From Parcubacteria bacterium C7867-004 (GTDB lineage Bacteria > Patescibacteriota > Minisyncoccia > Phycocordibacterales > Phycocordibacteraceae), in NCBI GenBank assembly GCA_001189075.1, contig LFCN01000006.1, positions 81,605 to 145,604 of the forward strand: a stretch of DNA of 64,000 bases, read 5' to 3'. The notes beneath the pieces were generated by a model. It searched no databases and had not been told where the DNA came from. It saw nothing but the letters and a program-made list of their open reading frames with translations. The translations under genes were made by a program, and so were the position numbers. Of this stretch, positions 8,203-17,605 are shown piece by piece; the stretch's first letter is position 1; each line of letters starts with the position of its first letter.

Positions 8203-9261
8203 TTACTTCAAAACCATCGCCAGTTCTTCCGCACCTGTTGAGAAATCCGCTACCAACTGGGCAACTGTTTTCGATAGCAGATACTGCTTAAGGTCGATGC
8301 CAGTATCCTCGCGGAAGCTACGTTCGATGTGGCGTGCGGTAATCGCGCTCACGTTGCTTCCTGGCTTGCTGGTGGTGATGAGCGCGATAAGCTCTCCCTT
8401 CGCGTTCGCGACACCGCCGCCGGAAGATCCCGCCTGAGCCGCACTGTTTGCGCCGAGCGCGATGAGATCGATAGCATTCAGGTCGAACGTCTGCCGGAAT
8501 GCATATACGCTCTTAATGCTTCCGAATGCGAGCGTCGGATAGAGTGCGTTGCGCACCTGCTCTGCGCTCAATCCCTGTGCGCCGTAGGATGCGAGGACTT
8601 CTTCTTGTTTAATAGCAAGAGGGCTGGACTTAAGAGGAACTGACGGATAGGAAGAGGGAAGAGGATTTCCCGAAAGACTTCCGGTTATCGCTACGAGCGC
8701 GAAATCGTATTCGCCTGTACCTGATGGCTTTCCTGAAAGTGCGGTTCCCGGATGCGCTTTGATCCAGGCCTTTGATATATACACGAGCTCGCCCTTGTAT
8801 GCGGCTTTTGCGGGGCTTCCGGTGCGTATTGAGCAGGAGGTGGTAGTCGGGCCTTCCTTGAGCAGCAGGAACTGCGCGACGTGGGCATTCGTGAGAATCA
8901 CTCCGCGGGAGTCGATTACGACGCCGCTTCCCGAGGTAAGGAACTGTCCGGAAGGAGTATTGATCGTACAGACGATGTTAACGAGCGACTTGCCGAGTTT
9001 CGCGAGCGCGAGTGTCAGATTCTCTGAAGAACTTGCCGGAGCTTTGGTCGCTACGGCAGTCTTGGTGCTCGTGGCGTTCTTACTCTTTGACGCGAGCCCT
9101 GCAATGATCGCACGGGCTCCTGAAGGCATGCCAGATGGGGACGTGGTGCTCGCTATGCCGCTTACGTTGTACTCTGAGAGAAAGCCATTCGTCGCGAACA
9201 CGGAGAGGAAGAGCGCGAGGGCCACCGCAACTCCGAGTGCGCCGAGATCGGTCCGGTTCAT
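8203..9261 (-). CDS. Membrane-anchored trypsin-like serine protease
   Basis: N-terminal hydrophobic anchor; GSGVVI, LTNAHV (His), YDFAL (Asp), GSSGG (Ser). Start set at MNRTDL, which has TATCGT 6 nt upstream. Confidence 0.85.
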   Translation of the reverse strand: MNRTDLGALGVAVALALFLSVFATNGFLSEYNVSGIASTTSPSGMPSGARAIIAGLASKSKNATSTKTAVATKAPASSSENLTLALAKLGKSLVNIVCTINTPSGQFLTSGSGVVIDSRGVILTNAHVAQFLLLKEGPTTTSCSIRTGSPAKAAYKGELVYISKAWIKAHPGTALSGKPSGTGEYDFALVAITGSLSGNPLPSSYPSVPLKSSPLAIKQEEVLASYGAQGLSAEQVRNALYPTLAFGSIKSVYAFRQTFDLNAIDLIALGANSAAQAGSSGGGVANAKGELIALITTSKPGSNVSAITARHIERSFREDTGIDLKQYLLSKTVAQLVADFSTGAEELAMVLK

Positions 9262-9348
9262 ACCGCTACGATACACCCATCTTGTCAAAAATAAAGGCGC
9301 GTCTGCGCACAGGCGGACGCGCGGAAGATATGCTATTCTCGTAGCTGC

Positions 9349-9419
9349 GCGGGATTAGTTTAATGGTAGAACATCAGTTTTCCAAACTGAGAGCAGGAGT
9401 CCGATTCTCCTATCCCGCA
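9349..9419 (+). tRNA. tRNA-Gly(UCC), CCA not encoded
   Basis: Acceptor GCGGGAT/ATCCCGC, anticodon stem TCAGT-TTTCCAA-ACTGA; T loop reads TCCGATT. Confidence 0.92.
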
Positions 9420-9510
9420 CCTCATTTCTTCACGGTGCTCCGTGGTATCGTATATGCATAAAGACTCGTGCATATCGTACGAGCCAGAAGATATCCTTAG
9501 CACTTTCCCT

Positions 9511-10464
9511 ATGTCCATTTCCATCCAAAAAAACCTGGCTGTGCTCGCACTTCTCGGAAGTATCGCATTCCTAAGCTTCGCTCTTATGCCGGCAAACGCT
9601 CGCGCGGCAGACGTCTGTTCGTTCACCACGAACCTCGAGCTTGGTGTCGAGAGCGAATCCGTCCGCTGCCTTCAGAAGTACTTGAATGCCGAGGGCTTTA
9701 CCGTCTCTGATACCGGTGTCGGCTCCATGGGATACGAAACCACGCAGTTCAAGGCAAAGACCCAGGCTGCGGTTATCAAGTGGCAGATCGCCAACGGTAT
9801 AAGCCCTGCAACCGGAACCTTCGGACCGCTTTCACGCGCGAAGTACCAGCTCATGGTACTTACTGGCGGCTCAACGCAGACTCCGACCCCGACACCGGTG
9901 CCGCCGGTATATGTCCCGACACCGGTACCTGCTCCGGTCCCGAGCGTCGATCCTGAGCAAAAGAAGGCTCTCGAGATGATGCGCGATGCCCGTAACGCCT
10001 ACGAGGACGCGAACGACGACTACGAGGATGCTAAAGATGACGGCGACGAACTCGGCAAGTCGAAGACCTACATCGCAGAGGCGAAAGAGCACCTTTTTGA
10101 TGCCTTCTATGCGTTACTCGACGAGGACTACGGTGATGCTCGTGACAGCGCAAGCGACGCCAAGGAAGCGGCGGAGAATGCGAGCGATGAGATCGATGGC
10201 AGTGGAAACGGAGACGGAAGCGACAAGGCAGACGCAAAGGACGCCATAAAGGATGCGAAGAACGCCATCGCAGACCTTAAGGATGCCATTGAGGAAGCTG
10301 ATGACGACGGGGACGATGTCGACGACGCTGAAGACCTCCTTAATGACGCGGAGAACGCGCTTGAGGATGCCGAGGACGCGTACGATGACGAAGACTACGA
10401 GGATGCTATCGACTCAGCCGAAGAGGCAGAGGACCTCGCTGACGAGGGAATGGACGAGCTTTAA
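9511..10464 (+). CDS. Secreted peptidoglycan-binding-domain protein with Pro linker and very acidic helical repeats
   Basis: Signal peptide; NLELG..VRCLQKYLN...TQAAVIKWQ..GI.PATGTFGPLSRA (PG_binding-like); TPTPVP linker; D/E/A-rich C-terminus. Confidence 0.8.
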   Translation: MSISIQKNLAVLALLGSIAFLSFALMPANARAADVCSFTTNLELGVESESVRCLQKYLNAEGFTVSDTGVGSMGYETTQFKAKTQAAVIKWQIANGISPATGTFGPLSRAKYQLMVLTGGSTQTPTPTPVPPVYVPTPVPAPVPSVDPEQKKALEMMRDARNAYEDANDDYEDAKDDGDELGKSKTYIAEAKEHLFDAFYALLDEDYGDARDSASDAKEAAENASDEIDGSGNGDGSDKADAKDAIKDAKNAIADLKDAIEEADDDGDDVDDAEDLLNDAENALEDAEDAYDDEDYEDAIDSAEEAEDLADEGMDEL

Positions 10465-10485
10465 TTTAAGATAACTATTGAACGA

Positions 10486-10510
10486 AAAGGCCCGCGTGAC
10501 GCGGGCCTTT
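10486..10510. terminator. Intrinsic terminator
   Basis: AAAGGCCCGCG-TGA-CGCGGGCCTTT. Confidence 0.75.
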
Positions 10511-10571
10511 CTCGTGTACGAGACATGAAGAAGTGTATTGCGTGCTGCGAGGACAGGCGTACGCTGGATAC

Positions 10572-11711
10572 ATGGAACCGCTCGCCAACCGTATACGCCC
10601 GCAATCTCTCGACGAATTCGTCGGACAGGAGCATCTGGTAGGGGAGGGAAAACCACTCCGCGTTGCTATCGAAAAGAAACATCGCTTCTCCTTCGTGCTG
10701 TGGGGCCCGCCAGGCACCGGGAAGACAACTATCGCCCGCATCTATGCTCGTGCGCTCGATGCGGAACTGTACGAGCTTTCAGCGGTCTCAGCGGGCAAGG
10801 AGGATATTCGCAAGATCGTCGGAAGCGGTGCCGCTCCGAGTCTCGAACTGCGGCCGAAGGTACTCTTTCTCGACGAGATACACCGCTTCAACAAGGCACA
10901 GCAGGATTTTCTTCTGCCGTATGTCGAGAGCGGGCAGCTGACGCTCATCGGCGCAACCACGGAGAATCCCTCTTTCGAGGTTATCCCCGCTCTGCTTTCG
11001 CGCTCGAGAGTGTTCGTACTCGAGCCTCTTGATGAGGAGTCGCTACGCGCCATCATTGCGCGGACGAAAGTGAAGCTCGGGAAGGATGCGTTCGAGTGGC
11101 TCATGGGGTACGCAAACGGCGACGCGCGCAAAGCGCTCACGATGCTCGAGGGAGCGAAGGCGCTTTATGGGAAAGTTACCGTGGAGGCATTGAATCGCGC
11201 GCTCGAATCCTCGCATCTTCGCTACGACAAGAAGGGCGGCGAGCACTACGACACCATCAGCGCGTTCATAAAGAGCATGCGCGCTTCGCAGCCCGACGCT
11301 GCCGTCTACTATCTCGCACGGATGGTTGAGGCAGGAGAGGATCCGCTCTTCATTGCCCGAAGGATGGTTATCTTCGCGTCGGAAGACATCGGACTCGCTC
11401 AACCGACAGCGCTTGTGGTTGCGAATGCAGTGTTCCGTGCCTGCGAGACTATCGGCTACCCCGAGTGCGCGATAAACCTCGCGCACGGCGTCGCATATCT
11501 AGCACAGACGAAGAAGGATCGCTCGGCATATGATGCACTCCGTGCAGCGCAAGCCGATATACAGAAGACCGGGAACCTTCCGGTGCCCAAGCACATCCGA
11601 AATGCGCCGACCAAGCTCATGAAGGAGCTCGAGTACGGGAAAGGGTACGAGATGTATGACGACGTGAGCTATCTCCCGGAGAAGCTGAAGAACAAGAAGT
11701 ATTTTGAATAA
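10572..11711 (+). CDS. rarA: Replication-associated recombination protein A (RarA/MgsA AAA+ ATPase)
   Basis: PLANRIRP, GPPGTGKTT, DEIHRFNKAQQD, GATTENPSF, YDTISAFIKSMR and SEDIGLA. Confidence 0.95.
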   Translation: MEPLANRIRPQSLDEFVGQEHLVGEGKPLRVAIEKKHRFSFVLWGPPGTGKTTIARIYARALDAELYELSAVSAGKEDIRKIVGSGAAPSLELRPKVLFLDEIHRFNKAQQDFLLPYVESGQLTLIGATTENPSFEVIPALLSRSRVFVLEPLDEESLRAIIARTKVKLGKDAFEWLMGYANGDARKALTMLEGAKALYGKVTVEALNRALESSHLRYDKKGGEHYDTISAFIKSMRASQPDAAVYYLARMVEAGEDPLFIARRMVIFASEDIGLAQPTALVVANAVFRACETIGYPECAINLAHGVAYLAQTKKDRSAYDALRAAQADIQKTGNLPVPKHIRNAPTKLMKELEYGKGYEMYDDVSYLPEKLKNKKYFE

Positions 11712-11760
11712 AGAAAAGACCACCCCTACGGATGGCCTCAAGCGTGTTCAGTGCGGAGAA

Positions 11761-11895
11761 TCAGCGGTGCGTAGCGGCCCATATAGCTACACCAATCACA
11801 ACGAAATGCATCAGGATATATCCGATAGCACACGCCCAGCAATTGGTAACAGAGCGCAGCCCAATGAACCAATCTTTTACGGCACGTGGCGACAT
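11761..11895 (-). CDS. Small (44 aa) single-TM hypothetical protein
   Basis: Own translation MSPRAVKDWFIGLRSVTNCWACAIGYILMHFVVIGVAIWAATHR*; AAGGAG 7 nt upstream; hairpin plus TTTTCTTT downstream. Below the ORF-track size cut-off. Confidence 0.6.
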   Translation of the reverse strand: MSPRAVKDWFIGLRSVTNCWACAIGYILMHFVVIGVAIWAATHR

Positions 11896-11911
11896 CGAGA
11901 CTCTCCTTATT

Positions 11912-12313
11912 CTATGTGACGTCGACCAGTTCTTGCCGATCGCCGACCTCGCCGATATAGGTGATCATCTCGATGAGCGTCCTGCCCGGATCTGCGATTG
12001 AAAGGTGTGCATCTCCTGGACCGAAATTGAAACGGTCGCCAGCCACGAGCCCTTCCCTTCCTTGGTTGGAGCGGATAGAGCCCGAACCGAAGGCGGCATT
12101 GCCAAAGCTGTAGCCGTTGTGGGCATGAAGTAGGCCATCCTGGTCCGTGACCTCGATACGAGCGGTTCGAACCTCGATCCGCTTGCCTTGTTCGAGAAGC
12201 GAACGACACCAGTCGGTGATGTCGACCGGCGGGTCGTAGAAGCACGAGCTGTCGCCGGTGCCCATCAAGTGGTGTTCGTGACCGTCCCGGTCGGGATGGA
12301 TGCGAAGTGCCAT
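11912..12313 (-). CDS. Hypothetical protein
   Basis: Start set at MALRIHPD, preceded by AAAGGAGAGAAAAGGAT; the GTG at 12400 is an alternative start. Confidence 0.65.
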   Translation of the reverse strand: MALRIHPDRDGHEHHLMGTGDSSCFYDPPVDITDWCRSLLEQGKRIEVRTARIEVTDQDGLLHAHNGYSFGNAAFGSGSIRSNQGREGLVAGDRFNFGPGDAHLSIADPGRTLIEMITYIGEVGDRQELVDVT

Positions 12314-12396
12314 ATCCTTTTCTCTCCTTTCAGGCGCGAACCTTTTTCGCGCCTGAATAAGAGGGAGAAGCCGGAGCTTCTCCCAGTAGCTGACCC

Positions 12397-12855
12397 TCAC
12401 AATGCGAGGACTTCTCGAATCGTTCCCAAGAGGGATTCCCGCGCGGCGATCTCATCCTTGTTAGGATTCTTGCTGTTGCTCAGGTACATCTTGCTTTGGA
12501 AGCAGAACGGGGTATTCAGAGAACCGTACACTCGCGAGACCGAGATGGTCTTGGGATAGTAGCCAAGCCGAGCCTCGATGTGGATTCCATCGAAATCGCA
12601 GTAATCGAACTTCCAGTTCAGAAGAAGGATGCCATCCTCTCCGAGCGCCTCTCGGACTAGCGCCACCGTCTGATCGAGTGTCAGGATGGTCACGCCGCCC
12701 TCGGCATGCCCGAAGGCATGAGCTTCAGCAGCTCCTTCTTGAGGATTGATCACCTTGATGGTGCAGGGCAGCTCGTCCTGGCTTTCAAGGAAATCCTTCA
12801 GCGGCTTGATCTCGTTATCAAGCCCGAGAACGAGAACGATTTTGATCGGTTCCAT
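12397..12855 (-). CDS. Hypothetical protein (weak receiver-domain-like alpha/beta pattern)
   Basis: 152 aa ORF with GGAG upstream; alternating beta/alpha pattern (KIVLVLGLD..., ILLLNWKF). Confidence 0.65.
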   Translation of the reverse strand: MEPIKIVLVLGLDNEIKPLKDFLESQDELPCTIKVINPQEGAAEAHAFGHAEGGVTILTLDQTVALVREALGEDGILLLNWKFDYCDFDGIHIEARLGYYPKTISVSRVYGSLNTPFCFQSKMYLSNSKNPNKDEIAARESLLGTIREVLAL

Positions 12856-13009
12856 CAGAGTTCTTCTCCATTGGGTTAGGCGTTGCAGGCCAATTCGGAT
12901 TAATCAATGTACATTGACTTCAATAAGAATTATGTCTTAAAGACTATATACGTCAAGAAATGTCGGACAAATGTTGACATAAATTCGACAACAGAATAGC
13001 CTGTAGATA

Positions 13010-13774
13010 ATGGATGAAAAGTTGCTGGCTGCCCTAGATCTGAACCCAAGCGAAATAGCCGTATATACGGCCGTTCTTGAGAGTGGGGGTCTCCCGCCAG
13101 CGCAGCTTGCGAAGGTGGCCGGTATGAAGCGCACAACCGCCTACAGCGTCGCTGGCTCTCTGGTTGAGAAGGGTCTGCTCATTGAAGACGCTACGAAACG
13201 CCCTCGAGTGTTCACCCCTTCAGCACCCGAACAGGTACTCGCGCTCATGGATACCGAGAAGAAACGGGTGTCGGAGCGGGAAGGAGTGCTTACAAACCTT
13301 GCCAACGAACTCTCAAAACGCTCGGCAGCACAGTCCTATCCAGTCCCCACGGTTCGATTCATACCCGAAGACAAGCTCGACGGCTTCCTTAGGCAGCAGG
13401 CGCCGCTTTGGGATACGAATATGCTCGAGACCGAACCGACGTGGTGGGGATTCCAGGATCACACGTTCGTTGAGCGGTATGGAACATGGATCGCTTCATA
13501 TTGGGAGCAGGCACCAAAGGAAATAGATCTGAAACTGCTATCAAACCGCGCGCCAGCAGAGGTAGCTTTTGCTAATAGCTACGAGAATCTTGAACGCCGC
13601 AACATAAAGTACTGGGGCGAAGCGACCGGTTTCCTCTCGACCACGTGGGTGATAGGGGACTATATCGTGATGATAAACACGCGCACGAAGCCGTTCTACT
13701 TGGTCGAGATACACGACAAGCTTATGGCGCATGACCAGCGCGAAGTGTTTCGGAATCTCTGGGACATGGTGTAG
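13010..13774 (+). CDS. TrmB-family HTH transcriptional regulator
   Basis: L.LNPSEIAVYTAVL...LAKVAGMKRTTAYSV..SLVEKGL winged-HTH pattern, followed by a coiled coil and a C-terminal effector-type domain. Confidence 0.85.
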   Translation: MDEKLLAALDLNPSEIAVYTAVLESGGLPPAQLAKVAGMKRTTAYSVAGSLVEKGLLIEDATKRPRVFTPSAPEQVLALMDTEKKRVSEREGVLTNLANELSKRSAAQSYPVPTVRFIPEDKLDGFLRQQAPLWDTNMLETEPTWWGFQDHTFVERYGTWIASYWEQAPKEIDLKLLSNRAPAEVAFANSYENLERRNIKYWGEATGFLSTTWVIGDYIVMINTRTKPFYLVEIHDKLMAHDQREVFRNLWDMV

Positions 13775-13783
13775 TCTACGGCT

Positions 13784-14344
13784 ATGAAAATCGGCATCAT
13801 GGGCGCGGAAGGGAGCTTCTCGGAGGAAGCAGCAAGGACCTATATGGCAAAAGAGGGCATCGACGCGGAGATAGTCTTCCTCATTTCTGCTGAGCGCGTG
13901 CTAACGGCGCTTGAAGCGAACGAAATCGATCTCGGTATCTTCCCGATAGAGAACAGCAACGGCGGCATCGTGATCGAGGCGGTCCATGCTATGGCGAAGC
14001 ACCGCTTTCAGGTGAAGAAGATGTTCGAGATAGACGTGCATCAGAACCTGATGGCAAAGAAGGGCGTGAATCCCGAGCAGATAACCGCCATAACCTCGCA
14101 TGATCAGGCGCTCAAGCAGTGCCGCATGTATCTGAAGCGGAAATGGCCAGGTGTTGAGATCGAGGAATACGCGGATACCGCCAAGGCGGCTGCAGACATC
14201 GCGAACGGTACGCTTTCAGAGACAACCGCCGCCATCGCTTCACGCCGTGCCGCTGAGATATACGGTCTCGATATCATCGAAGAGAGCATCCAAGATCTGA
14301 AGTTCAACTACACGAGCTTCGTGGTTGCAGAACGCATAGCGTAG
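13784..14344 (+). CDS. pheA: Prephenate dehydratase catalytic domain (no ACT domain)
   Basis: GAEGSFSEEAA, PIENSNGG, SHDQALKQC, DTAKAA and N.TSF (TRF-like); ends at 186 aa. Confidence 0.85.
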   Translation: MKIGIMGAEGSFSEEAARTYMAKEGIDAEIVFLISAERVLTALEANEIDLGIFPIENSNGGIVIEAVHAMAKHRFQVKKMFEIDVHQNLMAKKGVNPEQITAITSHDQALKQCRMYLKRKWPGVEIEEYADTAKAAADIANGTLSETTAAIASRRAAEIYGLDIIEESIQDLKFNYTSFVVAERIA

Positions 14345-14399
14345 TGACAAAACGAAAAGCCGCCCAGAAGGGCGGCTTTCGCGTAAGAAACCTAACTGG

Positions 14400-14672
14400 T
14401 TACTTAACTGCGTCCTTGAGCGCCTTTGCTGCACGGAACTTAGGCGTGCGGGTAGCAGCGATCTTGATGGTCTCACCGGTGCGTGGGTTGCGGCCGGTGC
14501 GAGCTGGGCGAGCCTTCGCGCTGAAGATACCGAGGCCAGCGATAGAAACCTCGTCGCCGCTCTTGAGGCCGGAGACAATGCTCTCGATAACGGACTCGAC
14601 TGCGCGGTCTGCGTCAGCCTTGGTGCCGCCGAGAACTTCCTGGACCTTCGATGCGATGTCTGCTTTGTTCAT
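14400..14672 (-). CDS. hup: HU family DNA-binding protein
   Basis: MNKADI...GLGIFS..RPARTGRNPRTGETIKIAA..PKFRAAKALKD. Confidence 0.96.
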   Translation of the reverse strand: MNKADIASKVQEVLGGTKADADRAVESVIESIVSGLKSGDEVSIAGLGIFSAKARPARTGRNPRTGETIKIAATRTPKFRAAKALKDAVK

Positions 14673-14874
14673 AGTATTTCGTTAGGGGTCTAATTCCTCA
14701 CAGGGCTGCCGCGTTCGGAGCGTTTCCCGAGGGAACTGCGTCCGAGCGCGATAGCCCTGAAAAATCGAGGGCTACGGGAGAAAGTATAGGAAATGAGCCA
14801 TATTGCGCAATAGGGCTTGAAAAAGTCCGTGGATAAGGTGAAATCACGCTTTCGTGCGCACGTATACTCATTCA

Positions 14875-15153
14875 ATGAGCGTAGAGATGGGACAACAGAA
14901 CTATTTGAACAAACGACCGAGCCTTGAAAGCTATAAGGCGGCCTCAATACAAGCTTTGGAAGAACAATTCGCTACCATAGAGAGCGATATGCGGGATGGC
15001 CAGAAGCGTAGCAAATATCGCCTTCTTCTCAGTGTTGCGTATGCCGAGCTGCTGTCGCTCGAAGAACGAGGCTTCCTTACAGAAGCTCAAGCAGCCATAC
15101 TCCACGAGCGATCGGAAGCCATCAATGACCAGCTCTACGAAAAAGCCGCCTAG
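14875..15153 (+). CDS. Small helical hypothetical protein ending in AINDQLYEKAA
   Basis: TATACT (14863-14868) 6 nt before ATG 14875; ends in a bidirectional terminator shared with rny. Confidence 0.65.
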   Translation: MSVEMGQQNYLNKRPSLESYKAASIQALEEQFATIESDMRDGQKRSKYRLLLSVAYAELLSLEERGFLTEAQAAILHERSEAINDQLYEKAA

Positions 15154-15191
15154 AGGGCGGCTTCTTGCGTATTCCTGCTAACTTCCCTTCG

Positions 15192-16721
15192 TTATCGTGC
15201 GAACTCAACGACCCGGTTCTCGCGAATGATATTCACCTTGATCTCACCTGGATACTTAAGCTCTCCTTGTACGCGTTCGGCGATATCGCGCGCCATTTTG
15301 TGCATGGCGATGTCGGATACCTTGCCCGGGTTCACGAAGATACGGATCTCGCGACCTGCACTGATTGCATAGACCTTTTCAACTCCTGGGAAGGTCATAG
15401 CGATGCGCTCAAGGTCTCCCAAGCGATCGAGGTACCGCTCTACGGTGTCACGGCGTGCTCCAGGGCGACCCGCTGAGAGCGCGTCCGCTACCTGGACGAT
15501 GATGGACTCCGGCGTTTCATACGGATATTCCTCGTGATGCGACTGCATCGCCTGGATAACCGCCTTATCCACGCCGAACTTCTCGAGGATACGGCGGCCT
15601 ATCTCGACGTGTGTACCTTCCACTTCATGATCAACGGCTTTTCCGATGTCATGAAGGAGCGCGCCCGCTTTGGCGACGTCTGCGTTAGCTCCCAGTTCTG
15701 AAGCGAGCATGCCAGATAGGTGCGCCATCTCTATAGAGTGCTGGAGTACGTTCTGTCCGTAGCTCGTGCGGAAGTAGAGGCGACCAAGGAGCGAGGTAAG
15801 ACGCGGGTCGAGGCCGACGATACCTACTTCATATGCCGCTTCCTCGCCCTTCTGCTTCACCATCTCAGCGATGTCATTCTTCGCCTTCTCGACGGTCTCC
15901 TCGATTTTCGCCGGCTGGATGCGCCCGTCGGTGATGAGCTGCTCGAGTGCGATCTTCGCGATGTGGCGTCGAATAGGGTCGAAGGAGGAGAGGGTTATCT
16001 TGTCTGGCGCGTCGTCGATGATGACGTCGACACCGGTAGCGCGCTCGAAGGCCTTGATGTTGCGGCCTTCCTTGCCGATTATCTTGCCCTTCACTTCTTC
16101 AGACGGAATGGAGACCGAAAGCGTCATCACCTCGCTGTTCACGGAAGAACCGAGGCGATGGATGATCGACAAGAGAATAGCGCGCGCCTTCTCGTCCAGC
16201 TGCTTGCGGCCGTTCGCTTCAAGCTTCTGAAGCCTGGCGAGAATACTTTCCTCGAGGTGTTCCTCGAGATCCCTCATGAGCGCTTTCTTCGCGTCTTCCT
16301 CCGAAAGGCGAGCGAGGCGCACTAATTCATGCCGGCGCTCCGCGAGCACCTTGTCGGCTTCACGCTTCACGTTCGCGACCTCATTCTCGCGATTCTTCAC
16401 GTCTTCAGCTTCTGCTACCAAGGTGCGTTCACGCTCATCGAGGAATTCCTCGCGCTTCGCAATACGCTCTGCAAACTTGGAAACGCGCTCCTCGCGCTCC
16501 TTAAGAGGAGCGGCACGTTCGTTCTCTACTTGCTCGGCGCGTTCTTTGGCTTCAGCGAGGAGTTTGTTAGCCCGCTCCTTCGCCTCGAGCATCTTCTGCT
16601 TCACTTCAAGCTCAAGAGAGCCGCGCTGACCGAGCGCTATCAAAAGCCGGAGTACATACCCCAGCGCAATACCCGCAAGGCCAGAGAAGGCCAGCAGGCT
16701 CAACAGTATCTTTATGGACAT
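15192..16721 (-). CDS. rny: Ribonuclease Y
   Basis: N-terminal TM, coiled coil, KH domain (KGKIIGKEGRNI) and HD domain (LLHDIGK, RTSYGQNVLQHS). Confidence 0.96.
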   Translation of the reverse strand: MSIKILLSLLAFSGLAGIALGYVLRLLIALGQRGSLELEVKQKMLEAKERANKLLAEAKERAEQVENERAAPLKEREERVSKFAERIAKREEFLDERERTLVAEAEDVKNRENEVANVKREADKVLAERRHELVRLARLSEEDAKKALMRDLEEHLEESILARLQKLEANGRKQLDEKARAILLSIIHRLGSSVNSEVMTLSVSIPSEEVKGKIIGKEGRNIKAFERATGVDVIIDDAPDKITLSSFDPIRRHIAKIALEQLITDGRIQPAKIEETVEKAKNDIAEMVKQKGEEAAYEVGIVGLDPRLTSLLGRLYFRTSYGQNVLQHSIEMAHLSGMLASELGANADVAKAGALLHDIGKAVDHEVEGTHVEIGRRILEKFGVDKAVIQAMQSHHEEYPYETPESIIVQVADALSAGRPGARRDTVERYLDRLGDLERIAMTFPGVEKVYAISAGREIRIFVNPGKVSDIAMHKMARDIAERVQGELKYPGEIKVNIIRENRVVEFAR

Positions 16722-16913
16722 AAAACAGTTTCAGGAGCCATGAAGCGAGCACGAAAGCCCCATGGGTTTGCAAGCAAATTAGGTTCGGGGCCGGAAATAA
16801 GGACGTGGCGGCAGGATCGGCGTGCCCCGGAACTACTTCAAAATACAATAATTGACGGAGTACGTAAAACGGCGCGGTTTCTGACCACGCCGTCTCCTTG
16901 TTCGGGTGCTTTC

Positions 16914-17522
16914 TTACTTGCTCGTGTACACCTTGTCGACAAGACCGTACTTCTTCGCCTCGTCTGCCATCATGAAATAGTCGCGATCGACATCTTTCTC
17001 GATCTTCGCGAGCGGCTGTCCGGATGCCTTCGCGAGTATCTTGTTCAAGCGATCGCGCGTCGCGAGGATGTGCTTTGCGGTTATCTCGATATCGGTAGCC
17101 TGGCCCTGAGCGCCGCCCCATGGCTGATGAATCATGACTTCAGCGTTCGGAAGCGCGAAGCGCTTGCCCTTGGCTCCCGCAGCGAGAATCACTGCTGCAG
17201 CGGAAGCTGCCATACCCACCACAACCGTGGAAACGTCCGGCTTCACATGGTTCATTGTGTCGAGGATCGCGAGACCGGCCGTAACGGAGCCACCCGGGCT
17301 GTTCACGTAGAGCGAGATATCCTTCTTCGGGTCTTCCGACTCGAGGAAGAGGAGCTGGGCGATGATGAGGTTCGCCATATCGTCATCGATGCCGCCGCCA
17401 AGGAATACGATACGGTCCTTGAGCAGACGGGAGTAGATGTCGTATCCACGCTCGCCGAACTGCGATTTTTCGACAACCATCGGCACGAGCATCGAACGAG
17501 GATTCTTTGAGATGTGTTCCAT
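16914..17522 (-). CDS. clpP: ATP-dependent Clp protease proteolytic subunit
   Basis: [29 protein letters not shown] and DRDYFM. Confidence 0.97.
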   Translation of the reverse strand: MEHISKNPRSMLVPMVVEKSQFGERGYDIYSRLLKDRIVFLGGGIDDDMANLIIAQLLFLESEDPKKDISLYVNSPGGSVTAGLAILDTMNHVKPDVSTVVVGMAASAAAVILAAGAKGKRFALPNAEVMIHQPWGGAQGQATDIEITAKHILATRDRLNKILAKASGQPLAKIEKDVDRDYFMMADEAKKYGLVDKVYTSK

Positions 17523-17605
17523 AGTCAGCTCATAGTACCAAATCCGAGGAATGATACGCAAAAAGCGCCAAGGCTCAGGGCCTTGGCGCTTTTCCCCGTC
17601 GCTCG

